Assembly (NCBI GenBank): GCA_963733215.1
Contig: CAVTCN010000023.1
Span: 2,935 to 66,934 of the forward strand
Length of the DNA: 64,000 nucleotides
DNA from: an uncultured Actinomycetes bacterium
Lineage (GTDB): Bacteria; Actinomycetota; Thermoleophilia; Gaiellales; Gaiellaceae
Direction of reading: 5' to 3'
The position numbers and the translations under genes were made by a program. The first letter of the stretch is position 1, and each line of letters opens with the position of its first letter. The notes beneath the pieces were generated by a model, which did no database searches, was not told the origin of the DNA, and saw nothing but the letters and a program-made list of their open reading frames with translations. This document shows positions 46,470 to 55,569 of this stretch, one piece after another.

Positions 46470-47239
46470 GCGCTCTCCAGCCAGTCGGGAAAGTCCGCGA
46501 TCGACGAGAGGATCGCGTCTGGCCGAACCGTGCCGCGCTCGACCGCGTCGGGGCGGAACTTCCCCGTGCGGACGAGCGCCGTCTTCAGCCCGTGCTGTTG
46601 CGCCCCGGTGACGTCGGCCTCGATGTCGTCGCCGACCATCCAGGTCATCTCCGCGTCCGCGTCGAGCGCCTCGAGCGCAGCGGTGAAGTACTGGGCGCTC
46701 GGCTTCCCGAGCACGGTCGCCTCGACGTCGGCTGCGTACTCGAGGCCCGCGACGAAGCAACCGGAGTCGAGCAGCGGCCCGCGGGAGGTTTGCCACCAGC
46801 GGTTCTTGTGCAGGGAGTAGAGCTCGGCCCCGAGCTCGAGCTCGGCGAAGGCGCGCGCGAGGTTCATGTAGGAGAAGACGCGGTTCGTCTCCTCGGTCTC
46901 GTCCGCGCCGCCCACGAGCACCGCGTCGGCGTCCTCGCCGACCAGCTGGACGTCGCCCAGGTCATCCAGCACCGCCGCCATCGTCAGCGCCAGGACTCGC
47001 TTGCCCGCAAGCGCGCGCCCAGCGGCGATCCCCGTGGTCTGGAGCTCGTCGTTATCGAGCTCGAAGCCCATCGACCGCAGCCCTTCGACGAGCGAGCGGC
47101 TCGACTGCGTGGTGTTGTTGGTGACGAAACGGAGCCTGTGGCCGTTCTCGCGGAGCTGCCGGACAGCCCGCGGCGCGCCGCGGATCGGCTCGCCGGACAC
47201 GTGAAGCACGCCGTCGATGTCCAGGAGAATGGCGGCCAT
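46466..47239 (-). CDS. HAD-IIA family hydrolase (NagD-like)
   Basis: LLDIDGVL, FVTNNT, GKP, and MVGDD...D..GA...G..T.LV.TG. Confidence 0.85.
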   Translation of the reverse strand: MAAILLDIDGVLHVSGEPIRGAPRAVRQLRENGHRLRFVTNNTTQSSRSLVEGLRSMGFELDNDELQTTGIAAGRALAGKRVLALTMAAVLDDLGDVQLVGEDADAVLVGGADETEETNRVFSYMNLARAFAELELGAELYSLHKNRWWQTSRGPLLDSGCFVAGLEYAADVEATVLGKPSAQYFTAALEALDADAEMTWMVGDDIEADVTGAQQHGLKTALVRTGKFRPDAVERGTVRPDAILSSIADFPDWLESA

Positions 47240-47648
47240 GGACGGCGAGTCTATTCAGGTGACCAGGACGGTCGCGATCCCCGTGTCGGAGATCGTTCTG
47301 CGCTTCTCCCGGTCGAGCGGGCCGGGCGGCCAGCACGCGCAGAAGTCCGAGACGAGAGTCGAAGCGATCTTCGACGTCGAGGCCTCGTCGGCGCTCGGCC
47401 CGGCGCAGAAAGCGCGCGTGATCCGCAAGGCGGGGCCGGTAATCCGCGCGATCGCCCAGGACGAGCGCAGCCAGCTGCGGAACCGCGAGCTCGCGATCGA
47501 GCGGCTCGTGGAATCCCTGCGCGAAGCTCTTCGTGTCCCCCGTCGTCGCCGCCCCACCAAGCCCACCGCCGCCTCGCGCCGGCGCCGCCTCGAGCAGAAG
47601 CGCCGCCGCGGCGAGACGAAGCAGCTACGCCGGAAGCCCGAGGACTAG
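47238..47648 (+). CDS. arfB: alternative ribosome-rescue factor ArfB (peptidyl-tRNA hydrolase, GGQ motif)
   Basis: I...E....F.RSSGPGGQHAQKSETRVE, followed by a basic C-terminal tail RRRRPTKPTAASRRRRLEQKRRRGETKQLRRK. Start ATG 47238 overlaps the divergent HAD start by 2 nt (CCATGG). Confidence 0.85.
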   Translation: MDGESIQVTRTVAIPVSEIVLRFSRSSGPGGQHAQKSETRVEAIFDVEASSALGPAQKARVIRKAGPVIRAIAQDERSQLRNRELAIERLVESLREALRVPRRRRPTKPTAASRRRRLEQKRRRGETKQLRRKPED

Positions 47649-48472
47649 GAAACCGCGCGCGGGCGCTGCGGCTGCTGGCCGCGCACGTATCCGCGCATGA
47701 CCTTCCGCGCGTAGAGGCGCTCGGAGGCCGCGCGGTAGACGGCGAGTGCGTTCTCGCCCTCCTGCGGGTGCACTGCCCAGCCGAAGGTCGCCTTTGTCCC
47801 CTGCGAGGACAGGATCCACTCGAGGCGCGCGCTGAGCTCTGAGGCTTCGTCGAGCGACTGGCACGACGCCAGCACTGCGAACTCGTCGCTGCCGACCCGC
47901 GCCACTTGATCCTCCGGCGAGAGCGAGTTCGAGAGCCGGTCGGCGACACGGCGCAGCGCGTCGTCGCCGGCCGATGGGCCCGCTTCGTGGTTCAGCTCCT
48001 TGAGTGCGTCCATGTCGGCGAGGAGCAGCGCGAACGGCCGTCCTGTCTCCAGCCGCTTCGTGATCGCGGCTTCGAACGCGCGCGTGTTCGGAAGCCCGGT
48101 CAGGATGTCCCGCTCGGCGAGGATCTGAAGTTCCTGGAGCATGAGACGGTTCCTCCCGGCGAACCAGCCGAGCATGAAGCCGACCGACACGAAGGTGACG
48201 GCGCGGATCGCGGTGCTCGCGGTGAGGACGTCGGTCGACGGAATCGTCGGGTTGAGCACCACCGCCGCGGCGTACAGCCCGGTCGCGGCGAATCCCGCCA
48301 GCCCGCCGATCAACGGGCCCGTCGCGATCGCGGTCGTCGCGATCGAGAGGTAGAAGAAGTGCGCGATCCCGAGTCCGGGCGTTTCGTAGAGCAGGAACGC
48401 CACGAAGACGAGCGCGTAGGAAGCAACGGAGGCCGCCAGCAGCAGCTGGCGCCCCGAGAAGGCCGCAGACAT
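47645..48472 (-). CDS. membrane-anchored GGDEF-domain protein (motif reads GSDEF)
   Basis: Four N-terminal hydrophobic segments, then DILTGLPNTRAFE...LLLADMD.LK.LN...G...GD..L...A..L........VARVGSDEFAVL. Confidence 0.85.
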   Translation of the reverse strand: MSAAFSGRQLLLAASVASYALVFVAFLLYETPGLGIAHFFYLSIATTAIATGPLIGGLAGFAATGLYAAAVVLNPTIPSTDVLTASTAIRAVTFVSVGFMLGWFAGRNRLMLQELQILAERDILTGLPNTRAFEAAITKRLETGRPFALLLADMDALKELNHEAGPSAGDDALRRVADRLSNSLSPEDQVARVGSDEFAVLASCQSLDEASELSARLEWILSSQGTKATFGWAVHPQEGENALAVYRAASERLYARKVMRGYVRGQQPQRPRAVS

Positions 48473-48520
48473 CCCTCGTAGCTTCCGCGACTGAGCCGCC
48501 GCGGGCGTCCCTCGAACGGG

Positions 48521-50347
48521 TTATTCGACGGTGACGGTCTTCGCCAGGTTCCGCGGCTGGTCGACGTTCAGGCCGCGAAGACGCGCGATTCGGTACGCGA
48601 GCAGCTGCAGGGGCACGACGGCGAGCACCGCCTGCAGGAACGACGGCGTGCGCGGGACGTAGATGACGTCGTCGGCGTGGTGCTGGATGTCCTCGTTCCC
48701 GTCGGTCGCGATCGCGATCACGTGCGCGCCGCGCGCCCGGGTCTCCTGGATGTTCGAGACGATCTTGTCGTAGACGTGGATGTTGGTCGCGACGACGACC
48801 ACCGGCGTCCCCTCCTCGAGCAACGCGATCGGGCCGTGCTTCATCTCGCCTGCGGAGTACCCCTCGGTGGGGATGTACGAGATCTCCTTCAGCTTGAGCG
48901 CGCCCTCGAGCGCGACGGGAAGCCCGATGTGCCGGCCGAGGTAGAGGAAGAAGTCCTGCTGGTAGAAGCGCTGTGCGATCTCCTCGATCGGGTGGTCGCC
49001 GTCGAGGAACCGCGCAACCTTCTTAGGGAGCGTGTAGACCTGGTCGACGATGTAGGAGATCTCGTTCGGCGGCAGGGTGCCGCGCATCTCGGCCAGCTTC
49101 AGGCCGACGAGGTACAGCAGCGCGACCTGCGCCGTGAACGTCTTTGACGCCGCGACGCCGACCTCGAGCCCGCAGCGCGTGTAGAGCGTCGAGTCGACCT
49201 CGCGCGTGATGTGCGAGCCCATCATGTTCGTGATCGCGACGGTGTGGGCGCCCTTCTCGCGGGCCAGCCGCATCGCCCCGACCGTGTCGCGCGTCTCGCC
49301 CGACTGCGAGATCCCGATCGCCAGCGTGTTCTCGTCGATCACGGGGTTCCGGTAGATCCACTCGGAGGCGATGTCCGGCTCGACGGGAATCCGGGCCCAC
49401 TCCTCGAGCACGTAGCGGCCGACGACGCCGGCGTGGTACGCGGTGCCGCAGGCGAGGATGACGATTCGGCGGAGGTCTGCCAGTTGCCGGTCGTCCATCC
49501 CGAGGCCCTCGAGGACGAGCTTTCCGTGGCGGGTGCGGTCGCCGATCGTCTCGGCGATCGACTCGGGCTGCTCGTAGATCTCCTTGAGCATGAAGGTCTC
49601 GTAGCCGCCCTTCTCGGCGCTCTCGTCGTCCCAGTCGAGCTCGAGCGGCTCGTGCTCGACGGGCTTTCCGTCGGCGCGGACGAACTCGACGCTCTCGGGC
49701 GTGATCGAGACGATGTCGCCGTCGTCGGGGAAGACCACGTTGCGCGTCTCGCCGAGGAAGGCGGCGGCGTTGGAGGCGAGGAAGTTCTCATCTCGCCCGA
49801 GCCCGACGACGAGGGGCGTCTGGCAGCGCGCACCGACGAGGAGGCCGGGGTGGTCGCGGTGGATGACGACGAATGTGAAGTGGCCCTCCAACTCGTCATA
49901 GGTCTTGACGACAGCGTCGGTCAGGTCGCCGTCGTAGTGGCCCTCGATCAGGTGCGCGACGGTCTCGGCGTCCGTCTCAGAGCTGAAGCTATGGCCCGCG
50001 GCTCTGAGCGTTTCCTTGAGCTCGCGGTAGTTCTCGACGATCCCGTTGAGGACGATCGCCAGCTGCCCGTCCTCGCACGCAGTCAGCGGATGGGCGTTGC
50101 CCTCGGTGACCGCGCCGTGCGTGGCCCAGCGCGTATGGCCGAGACCGGTCGTCGAGCCCGAGCCGTTCGTCGACGTAGCCTGCTTCAGGAACTGGAGGTT
50201 CCCGACGGCGCGGACGTACTCGAGCCCGTCGTTCTCGAGGAGCGCGATCCCCGCGGAGTCATAGCCGCGGTACTCGAGGCGCTCGAGGCCCTGGATGAGA
50301 AGCGACTTCGCTGCTCTCGGCCCGACGTATCCGATGATGCCGCACAC
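48521..50347 (-). CDS. glmS: glutamine--fructose-6-phosphate aminotransferase (isomerizing)
   Basis: MCGIIGYVG (N-terminal nucleophile Cys) and two SIS domains, ending ...NLAKTVTVE. GTG start preceded by GAAGGAGG. Confidence 0.95.
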   Translation of the reverse strand: MCGIIGYVGPRAAKSLLIQGLERLEYRGYDSAGIALLENDGLEYVRAVGNLQFLKQATSTNGSGSTTGLGHTRWATHGAVTEGNAHPLTACEDGQLAIVLNGIVENYRELKETLRAAGHSFSSETDAETVAHLIEGHYDGDLTDAVVKTYDELEGHFTFVVIHRDHPGLLVGARCQTPLVVGLGRDENFLASNAAAFLGETRNVVFPDDGDIVSITPESVEFVRADGKPVEHEPLELDWDDESAEKGGYETFMLKEIYEQPESIAETIGDRTRHGKLVLEGLGMDDRQLADLRRIVILACGTAYHAGVVGRYVLEEWARIPVEPDIASEWIYRNPVIDENTLAIGISQSGETRDTVGAMRLAREKGAHTVAITNMMGSHITREVDSTLYTRCGLEVGVAASKTFTAQVALLYLVGLKLAEMRGTLPPNEISYIVDQVYTLPKKVARFLDGDHPIEEIAQRFYQQDFFLYLGRHIGLPVALEGALKLKEISYIPTEGYSAGEMKHGPIALLEEGTPVVVVATNIHVYDKIVSNIQETRARGAHVIAIATDGNEDIQHHADDVIYVPRTPSFLQAVLAVVPLQLLAYRIARLRGLNVDQPRNLAKTVTVE

Positions 50348-50439
50348 CCGGGACCTCCTTCGCTCGTTGGCCGCGTTCGCAATCCCCCTCGAAAACGCAC
50401 AAGAGCCCGGCTTCCGAGCGACCCCTTCTTTGCGGTCGA

Positions 50440-51702
50440 CTAGCCGAGCTCTCGACGAACGAGAGCCGAAATCCTAGCACAGAGGGACGCCGCTTCCTGC
50501 TCGTTTTCGGCCTCCGCGAGGATCCTGACCAAAGGTTCGGTCCCCGATGGGCGAACCAGGACCCTGGCGCCGCCGTCGAGCTCGCGATTGAGCGATTGCA
50601 CCTCCGCGAGCAGGTCGTTCGGGAGCTCTCGAACCTGCACCGGGAGGTTCTCCTTGACCTGGGCGAACCGGGGCATGACGGCAGCGGCCTCGGCGAGGGT
50701 CCGGCCCTCGAGGGCTCGGCAGAGGAGGAGCGCGGCGGCCAGCCCGTCGCCGGTCACGTGGCCGTCGAGGCAGATCAGGTGACCGGACTGTTCCCCGCCC
50801 AGGATGGCGTTCTCCCGCCGCAGCGCCTCGAGCACGTAGCGGTCGCCGACGTCGGTGGTCACGACACGGATCCCCCTCTCGGCCATCAGCCGGTGAAAGC
50901 CGAGGTTCGTCATCACGGTGACCACGACCGTGTCGACCTGAAGGTCGAGCGCAAGGATCGCAAGGATCTGGTCGCCGTCCACCGTCTGGCCGTCGCCGTC
51001 CACGGCGAGCATGCGGTCGCCGTCTCCGTCGAAGGCCACGCCGAGATCCGCGCCGCCCTGCAGGACCTGCTCTTGCAACAGCCGGAGGTCGGTGGCACCG
51101 CAGCCGACATTGATGTTCGTCCCGTCCGGCTTGTCTGCGAGCGAGACGACCTGGGCGCCGAGCCGCTCGAATGCAGACGGGGCGATGCCCGAGTACGCGC
51201 CGTTCGCGCAATCGACGGCGATCTTCAGGCCCCCCAGGGGTGAGCCGAAGCGATCGAGAACGTGCTCGGTGTAGCTGTCGGCCGCGACGCCGATGCGGTC
51301 GATCGCCCCACGTTCGGCCCGCGCCGGCTCGTCCAGGAGGGCTTCGATCTCCTCTTCTGCGGCGTCGGTGAGCTTCCGTCCGCCGCCGTCGAAGAACTTG
51401 ATCCCGTTGTACTCGGGCGGATTGTGCGAAGCCGAGACGACCGTGCCAAGGTCGAGCGCGAGCAGAGCAACGGCGGGAGTCGGCAGAACGCCGCCGAGGA
51501 CCGCATTTCCGCCGACCGACGCGACGCCCTCGGCGAAAGCGTCCTCGAGCATCGGCCCGGAGCCCCGCGTGTCGCGCCCGATGAAGACCCGCCCGCGGCC
51601 GGACCAGAGCGCAGCGGCGCGCCCGAGCCGCTCGACGAGCTCGGGAGTGAGGTCCGCACCAACCACGCCGCGGACGCCATCCGTGCCGAAATACCTCCGC
51701 AC
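50440..51702 (-). CDS. glmM: phosphoglucosamine mutase
   Basis: YFGTDGVRG, active-site SASHNPPEYNGIKFF, DGDGDR, and GGEQSGH. Confidence 0.95.
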   Translation of the reverse strand: MRRYFGTDGVRGVVGADLTPELVERLGRAAALWSGRGRVFIGRDTRGSGPMLEDAFAEGVASVGGNAVLGGVLPTPAVALLALDLGTVVSASHNPPEYNGIKFFDGGGRKLTDAAEEEIEALLDEPARAERGAIDRIGVAADSYTEHVLDRFGSPLGGLKIAVDCANGAYSGIAPSAFERLGAQVVSLADKPDGTNINVGCGATDLRLLQEQVLQGGADLGVAFDGDGDRMLAVDGDGQTVDGDQILAILALDLQVDTVVVTVMTNLGFHRLMAERGIRVVTTDVGDRYVLEALRRENAILGGEQSGHLICLDGHVTGDGLAAALLLCRALEGRTLAEAAAVMPRFAQVKENLPVQVRELPNDLLAEVQSLNRELDGGARVLVRPSGTEPLVRILAEAENEQEAASLCARISALVRRELG

Positions 51703-51879
51703 CGCGGGGTTTCTAGCAGGGCCGAGCGAGCGCAGGGGCTAACGACCGGGTGGGTCGTCCCCGATGGACAGCCTCCGCCGGCGGACCGAACCTCGAGGAT
51801 GCTCCAACCCGCCCGCAAGCGCGCGCCGGCGAACGTATCGACACACATTCGGCACGAAGGCCGTGACTCAACGGGCCAC

Positions 51880-51902
51880 GCGCGAGGGACTGTCCCTCGC
51901 GC
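51880..51902. repeat. 23-bp perfect palindrome GCGCGAGGGAC T GTCCCTCGCGC in the rpsI-glmM spacer
   Basis: Read directly: 11-nt arms around a single T. It would form a very stable hairpin on either strand. Confidence 0.8.
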
Positions 51903-51978
51903 CAGGCAGCGCGCGGCGAGCTGTATGCGCCGCGGTCGACGCCGCGCGCCGCGCAGCGGCGCCCGGCTTCAGAGGGTC

Positions 51979-52002
51979 GCGCAAAGTCGTGAGACTTTGC
52001 GC
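51979..52002 (-). terminator. hairpin just downstream of rpsI
   Basis: GCGCAAAGUC UCAC GACUUUGCGC on the minus strand: a perfect 10-bp stem, 14 nt after the rpsI stop, with no U tract. Confidence 0.5.
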
Positions 52003-52015
52003 GAAAGCAAGCGCG

Positions 52016-52411
52016 TCAGCGCTTGCTGAACTGCGGTGCCTTGCGGGCCTTGTGGAGGCCGGCCTTCTTACGCTCCACGATCCTCGCGTCGCGCGTGAGG
52101 AAGCCCTCGCGCTTGAGGACAGTCCGGAGCTCCGGATCGGCCTCGACGAGCGCCCGTGCCAGCCCGTGGCGGATCGCCTCGGCCTGGCCCGTCGGGCCAC
52201 CGCCCTCGACGCGGACCCGGAGGTCGTAGGTCCCCTCGGCGCCGGCGACCTTGAGCGGCGCCATCAGCGCCGTCCGGTGCGTCGCGCGCGGGAAGTACTC
52301 CTCGATCGTCCGGCCGTTGATCCAGGTCGCGCCGTCGCCCGGGCGCAGGATCACGCGCGCGATCGACGTCTTCCGCTTGCCGGTGCCCTGGTACTGCGCG
52401 GCAGTGCTCAC
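52016..52411 (-). CDS. rpsI: 30S ribosomal protein S9
   Basis: Y.GTGKRK.SIARV.L.PG.G...ING......YF...........PL, ending ...D.R..ERKK.G..KARK.PQFSKR. Confidence 0.95.
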   Translation of the reverse strand: MSTAAQYQGTGKRKTSIARVILRPGDGATWINGRTIEEYFPRATHRTALMAPLKVAGAEGTYDLRVRVEGGGPTGQAEAIRHGLARALVEADPELRTVLKREGFLTRDARIVERKKAGLHKARKAPQFSKR

Positions 52412-52851
52412 GCCTTGACCTCCCCGGGCAGCGGCTTCGGATCCTGGGCCTCGTGCGGATGCTCCGGCCCGGCGTAGATCTTGAGCTTGGTCAGCTGGGC
52501 TCGGCTGAGGCGGTTGCGCGGAAGCATGCCCTTGACCGCCTTGCGCAGCACCTCCGTCGGGCGTCGGTCGAGCTGCTCGCGCAGCGTGCGCGTCCGCAGC
52601 CCCCCGGGGTAGCCCGAGTGCCGGTGGTAGAGCTTCTCGTCGAGCTTCTTGCCGGTGACGGCGATCTTCTCCGCGTTCACGACGACGACGAAGTCACCGG
52701 TGTCAACGTGCGGCGTGTACTGGGCCTTGTGCTTGCCGCGGAGCGTGTCCGCGATGCGCGTAGCCAGACGCCCAAGGGTCTGCCCCTCGGCGTCGACGAC
52801 GTACCAGCGGCGATCGACCTCGCCCGGCTTTGCGTTCCACGTTTTGCCCAT
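52408..52851 (-). CDS. rplM: 50S ribosomal protein L13
   Basis: From ATG 52851: [65 protein letters not shown]...K.YY.HSGYPGG. 4-nt overlap with rpsI. Confidence 0.95.
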   Translation of the reverse strand: MGKTWNAKPGEVDRRWYVVDAEGQTLGRLATRIADTLRGKHKAQYTPHVDTGDFVVVVNAEKIAVTGKKLDEKLYHRHSGYPGGLRTRTLREQLDRRPTEVLRKAVKGMLPRNRLSRAQLTKLKIYAGPEHPHEAQDPKPLPGEVKA

Positions 52852-52898
52852 ACGGAAAAGCGGCGGACACACGGCCCGCCGGCTGAGGATGGTAGCAA

Positions 52899-53012
52899 TC
52901 AGCCCTCTTCCCCGTCCTTGCGGCCACCCACCCAGACGGCGAGCGCGATCGCGACGATCAGGAGGCCCGCCGACAGCTCGACAACCGCACCGGCGACGCC
53001 GCCATGGGCCAC
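52899..53012 (-). CDS. possible 37-aa single-TM micro-protein
   Basis: GTG sharing one nucleotide with the TAG stop of the upstream membrane-protein gene (TAGTG). Sequence [37 protein letters not shown] with high GC3. Confidence 0.35.
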   Translation of the reverse strand: MAHGGVAGAVVELSAGLLIVAIALAVWVGGRKDGEEG

Positions 53013-54397
53013 TAGCCCGACGACAGCAGCCACAGTCCCGTGCACGTGTAGAGCACCATCAGCGCCAGCATCGCGTATTGCGTGCGAATCGCGGTCTGCG
53101 CCGACGAGAACAGTGCGATCGCCTTGTCGTGGGCGATCACCAGCCCGAGGACGTGCCCGACGACGAGCACGCCCACCTGGACGTACCAGATCGTGTTGGG
53201 CGTAAAGACATTCTCCGTCGGCTGGAAATCCGCCGTGCCGAAGATGTCCCACCCCTTCCCGAACGGATCGGAAGCGAGGTAGACCGCGTCCTGCCCCGCG
53301 TCCACGAGCAGGGTGAAGTAGTGGGCGACGGCGTAGGCGAGCGCGATCGGGATCAGGCTGCCGATGAAGGCGCCTGCGAGGTTCACGTCGGTGTGCCCGA
53401 TCCGCTCAGCGACGTAGACGGCGAGCGAGTACATCGCCCCGATCGCGACGACCGCCACGAGCAGGCCGACGAAGTTGAACCCGAGAGAGGCGAAGTCCGC
53501 CTTCGTCGGCGACTCGACGATGTACCTGACCTCGAGCTCGTACTGCTGGTCCTGCCACCACGTCGCCCGGCTCAGCCCGTCGAAGGCGACCGAGCCGAGC
53601 ATCACCGAGACGAAGGCGACGGTCCCGGGGTGTGAGTCGCCCGCGGCCAGGCCCGACAGCGGCGGGCGGACGAAGGCCCTGCGGCGGCCGTCCTGCTCCC
53701 GGACCGTGAAGGCCGAGATCCGCGCCAGGAGGCCGAAGTAGACGGCGAACGCCTCGCCGTTCACGAGCCACGCACGGCGGCCGTAGATCAGCATCCCGGC
53801 CCACGTGATCCAGCTGTAGACGACGATCGCGAGTGCGAGCGTCCGCGGCTCCGCCGACCGCGGCCAGGCGAGCTCGAGCGTCGCGAACGCGAGGAAGAGG
53901 ACGGCGGCGGGCCAGCGGCCGAGCCGTTCCGGGTAGTGCGCGGCGGGCTCCCAGTCCCGGCCGAGCTTCGCCCAGGCCCAGGCGAGGCCGTCGGCGGCCG
54001 CGCTCCAAGGGTTCAGGAGGGTCCAGACGTTCCCGAACACCACCACGATCGGAACGAGACCGAGCCAGAAGACGACCCAGATGAAGACCGGCGCGATGTT
54101 GTCGCCCGCGTCCGGCCTCCCGAAGAGCGCCGCCAGCCAGACGACGACGAGGAGCCCGAACGAGATCCCGCCGAAGATGATCCGCCAGCCCGGCCAGAGG
54201 AGGAAGCGCTGCCAGTGGTCGGCGAGCGGCCTTCCGGCCTCGTGGCCGCTCAGCCGCGGTTCCTTCCAGAGGACGGCGAGCGCGACGAAGGACAGGACCA
54301 GGGTCAGCGAGGCCGCGTAGTAGAAGAGCCAGCGCGGGATCGGCAGGTCCTGGATCTGCCCGATGCCGTGGGCGAGCGGAAGCGCGATCGTGGTCAC
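53012..54397 (-). CDS. hypothetical polytopic membrane protein (461 aa, about 12 TM)
   Basis: Uninterrupted ORF with high GC3 and many hydrophobic segments rich in W/Y at the boundaries. ATGA-type overlap with the upstream gene. No family recognised from memory. Confidence 0.75.
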   Translation of the reverse strand: MTTIALPLAHGIGQIQDLPIPRWLFYYAASLTLVLSFVALAVLWKEPRLSGHEAGRPLADHWQRFLLWPGWRIIFGGISFGLLVVVWLAALFGRPDAGDNIAPVFIWVVFWLGLVPIVVVFGNVWTLLNPWSAAADGLAWAWAKLGRDWEPAAHYPERLGRWPAAVLFLAFATLELAWPRSAEPRTLALAIVVYSWITWAGMLIYGRRAWLVNGEAFAVYFGLLARISAFTVREQDGRRRAFVRPPLSGLAAGDSHPGTVAFVSVMLGSVAFDGLSRATWWQDQQYELEVRYIVESPTKADFASLGFNFVGLLVAVVAIGAMYSLAVYVAERIGHTDVNLAGAFIGSLIPIALAYAVAHYFTLLVDAGQDAVYLASDPFGKGWDIFGTADFQPTENVFTPNTIWYVQVGVLVVGHVLGLVIAHDKAIALFSSAQTAIRTQYAMLALMVLYTCTGLWLLSSG

Positions 54398-54840
54398 TGT
54401 GCCGTGATCCGGGCGATCTGGACGCCGCGATCCTCGAGCTCGGCCTCGACCGTTCCCGGCCTCGTCGCTCGAAACGCGATCCTCGCCGGCTGTCCGGGGC
54501 CGACGTCCTGCATCAGGTCGTAGCCGTGGAGGTGGACGTGGTCCGAGACGTCGGACGTGACGTTCAGGATCACCCGCCGGCCGCGGGCGACCGTCACACG
54601 GCGCGGGCCGCCCACGGGAAGCCCGCCGCGGATGACGATCCGCACTTGCGCCGGAGGCGGCGGTCCGGGCGGAGGTGGCGGGGCCGTCGTCGTAACGGTG
54701 GTCGTCGCATCGGTGGTTGTCGCGACGGTGCTTGCCGGCGGCGGGTTCGCGCTCGGCTCGTCGGTGTCATCCGGGCGGAACACGAGGTACAGCCCGACGG
54801 CGATCACGACTGCGAGCCCGGCGATCAGAAGGCGATTCAT
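54394..54840 (-). CDS. membrane-anchored cupredoxin/Ig-like domain protein with HVHLHGYD motif
   Basis: N-terminal TM (LLIAGLAVVIAVGLYLVF), a Pro/Thr-rich linker, then a beta-rich domain: V.V.RG.RV.L.VTSDVSDHVHLHGYD......PG.P..I.F.A..PG..E.ELE. Confidence 0.6.
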   Translation of the reverse strand: MNRLLIAGLAVVIAVGLYLVFRPDDTDEPSANPPPASTVATTTDATTTVTTTAPPPPPGPPPPAQVRIVIRGGLPVGGPRRVTVARGRRVILNVTSDVSDHVHLHGYDLMQDVGPGQPARIAFRATRPGTVEAELEDRGVQIARITAQ

Positions 54841-55406
54841 GGTCGGATGGATAGCAGGAGACCGGCCCGGAACTCGGCGGCACCGCCGTGCGACGGGTGA
54901 CGGACGTAGTCGCCGCCGAGCACGGCCTGGGCTACCCGGCCGACTCCGACCGGGACGCGGCCGACGAGCAACTCCTCGAGGAACGGCATGCCGCCACGTA
55001 TTTCGGCGGATGTCGGCCGCCGGTTCGCGCGAACCGCTCCGGGGTGGGTCGGGACGACGTTCCAGAGCAGCACGTCGTCCGCGATTCCGAGCTCCGCGAG
55101 CGTGCGCTGGACGATGGTGGCGGTCGCCTCCGCGCGCCCGGTTCCGGTGAGCTGGCGCTCCGACGTGAACGGGATGCCGCTCACGCGTGCGCCGCGGTAG
55201 CCGGCGGCCTCGCCGACGAGGAGGTAGCGCGCCTCCCTGCGCCGCCCGAGATACCCGGCGAGCCGGGCCCGGCAGACGGCGGAGTCCGCGTACTGGTTGA
55301 ACGTCCGACCGATCTCTGCCTCGGACAGGCGGCGGACGAACGCACGCACGTTTAGCTCTCGACGAAGCCCGGAATCAGAAACAGACACTTCCGAGGAGGT
55401 AAGCAT
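54837..55406 (-). CDS. uracil-DNA glycosylase superfamily protein
   Basis: LLVGEAAGYRGARVSGIPFTSE...LWNVVPTHP and HPSHGG. Start at ATG 55406 inside the longer track ORF. Confidence 0.8.
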   Translation of the reverse strand: MLTSSEVSVSDSGLRRELNVRAFVRRLSEAEIGRTFNQYADSAVCRARLAGYLGRRREARYLLVGEAAGYRGARVSGIPFTSERQLTGTGRAEATATIVQRTLAELGIADDVLLWNVVPTHPGAVRANRRPTSAEIRGGMPFLEELLVGRVPVGVGRVAQAVLGGDYVRHPSHGGAAEFRAGLLLSIRP

Positions 55407-55533
55407 GCGTATCCGAGTACCGACGAAGTCGCGGCGCAGCAGAACACCGTGGGTGGTCGCTGGGCTCGCGGCTGCCGGAGTCGCCATCGCCGGCGCGGCC
55501 GCGGCGCGCAAGTTCCGGTCTGACGACGACTAG
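55405..55533 (+). CDS. possible 42-aa single-TM micro-protein
   Basis: Strong RBS (GGAGG-5 nt-ATG). Sequence MRIRVPTKSRRSRTPWVVAGLAAAGVAIAGAAAARKFRSDDD. The ATG overlaps the divergent UDG ATG within GCATGC. Confidence 0.45.
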   Translation: MRIRVPTKSRRSRTPWVVAGLAAAGVAIAGAAAARKFRSDDD

Positions 55534-55569
55534 CCCTCGCCGGCCGCGCAGGCACCGGCATCCGGGAAG

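Noticed and set aside
50348-50439. glmS ribozyme upstream of glmS
   Set aside because: The glmM-glmS spacer is only 92 nt, too short for the ~170-nt ribozyme. I see none of its conserved core. The region holds just an RBS (GAAGGAGG) and an unremarkable sequence.
51703-51800. c-di-AMP (ydaO-type) riboswitch because of UCGGGGACGACCCAC
   Set aside because: Only one loose resemblance to the ACGGGGGACCCA box. The second pseudo-symmetric half and the GGGGUGAAUC/CCCGAACCCGUCAGCUAACC blocks are absent.
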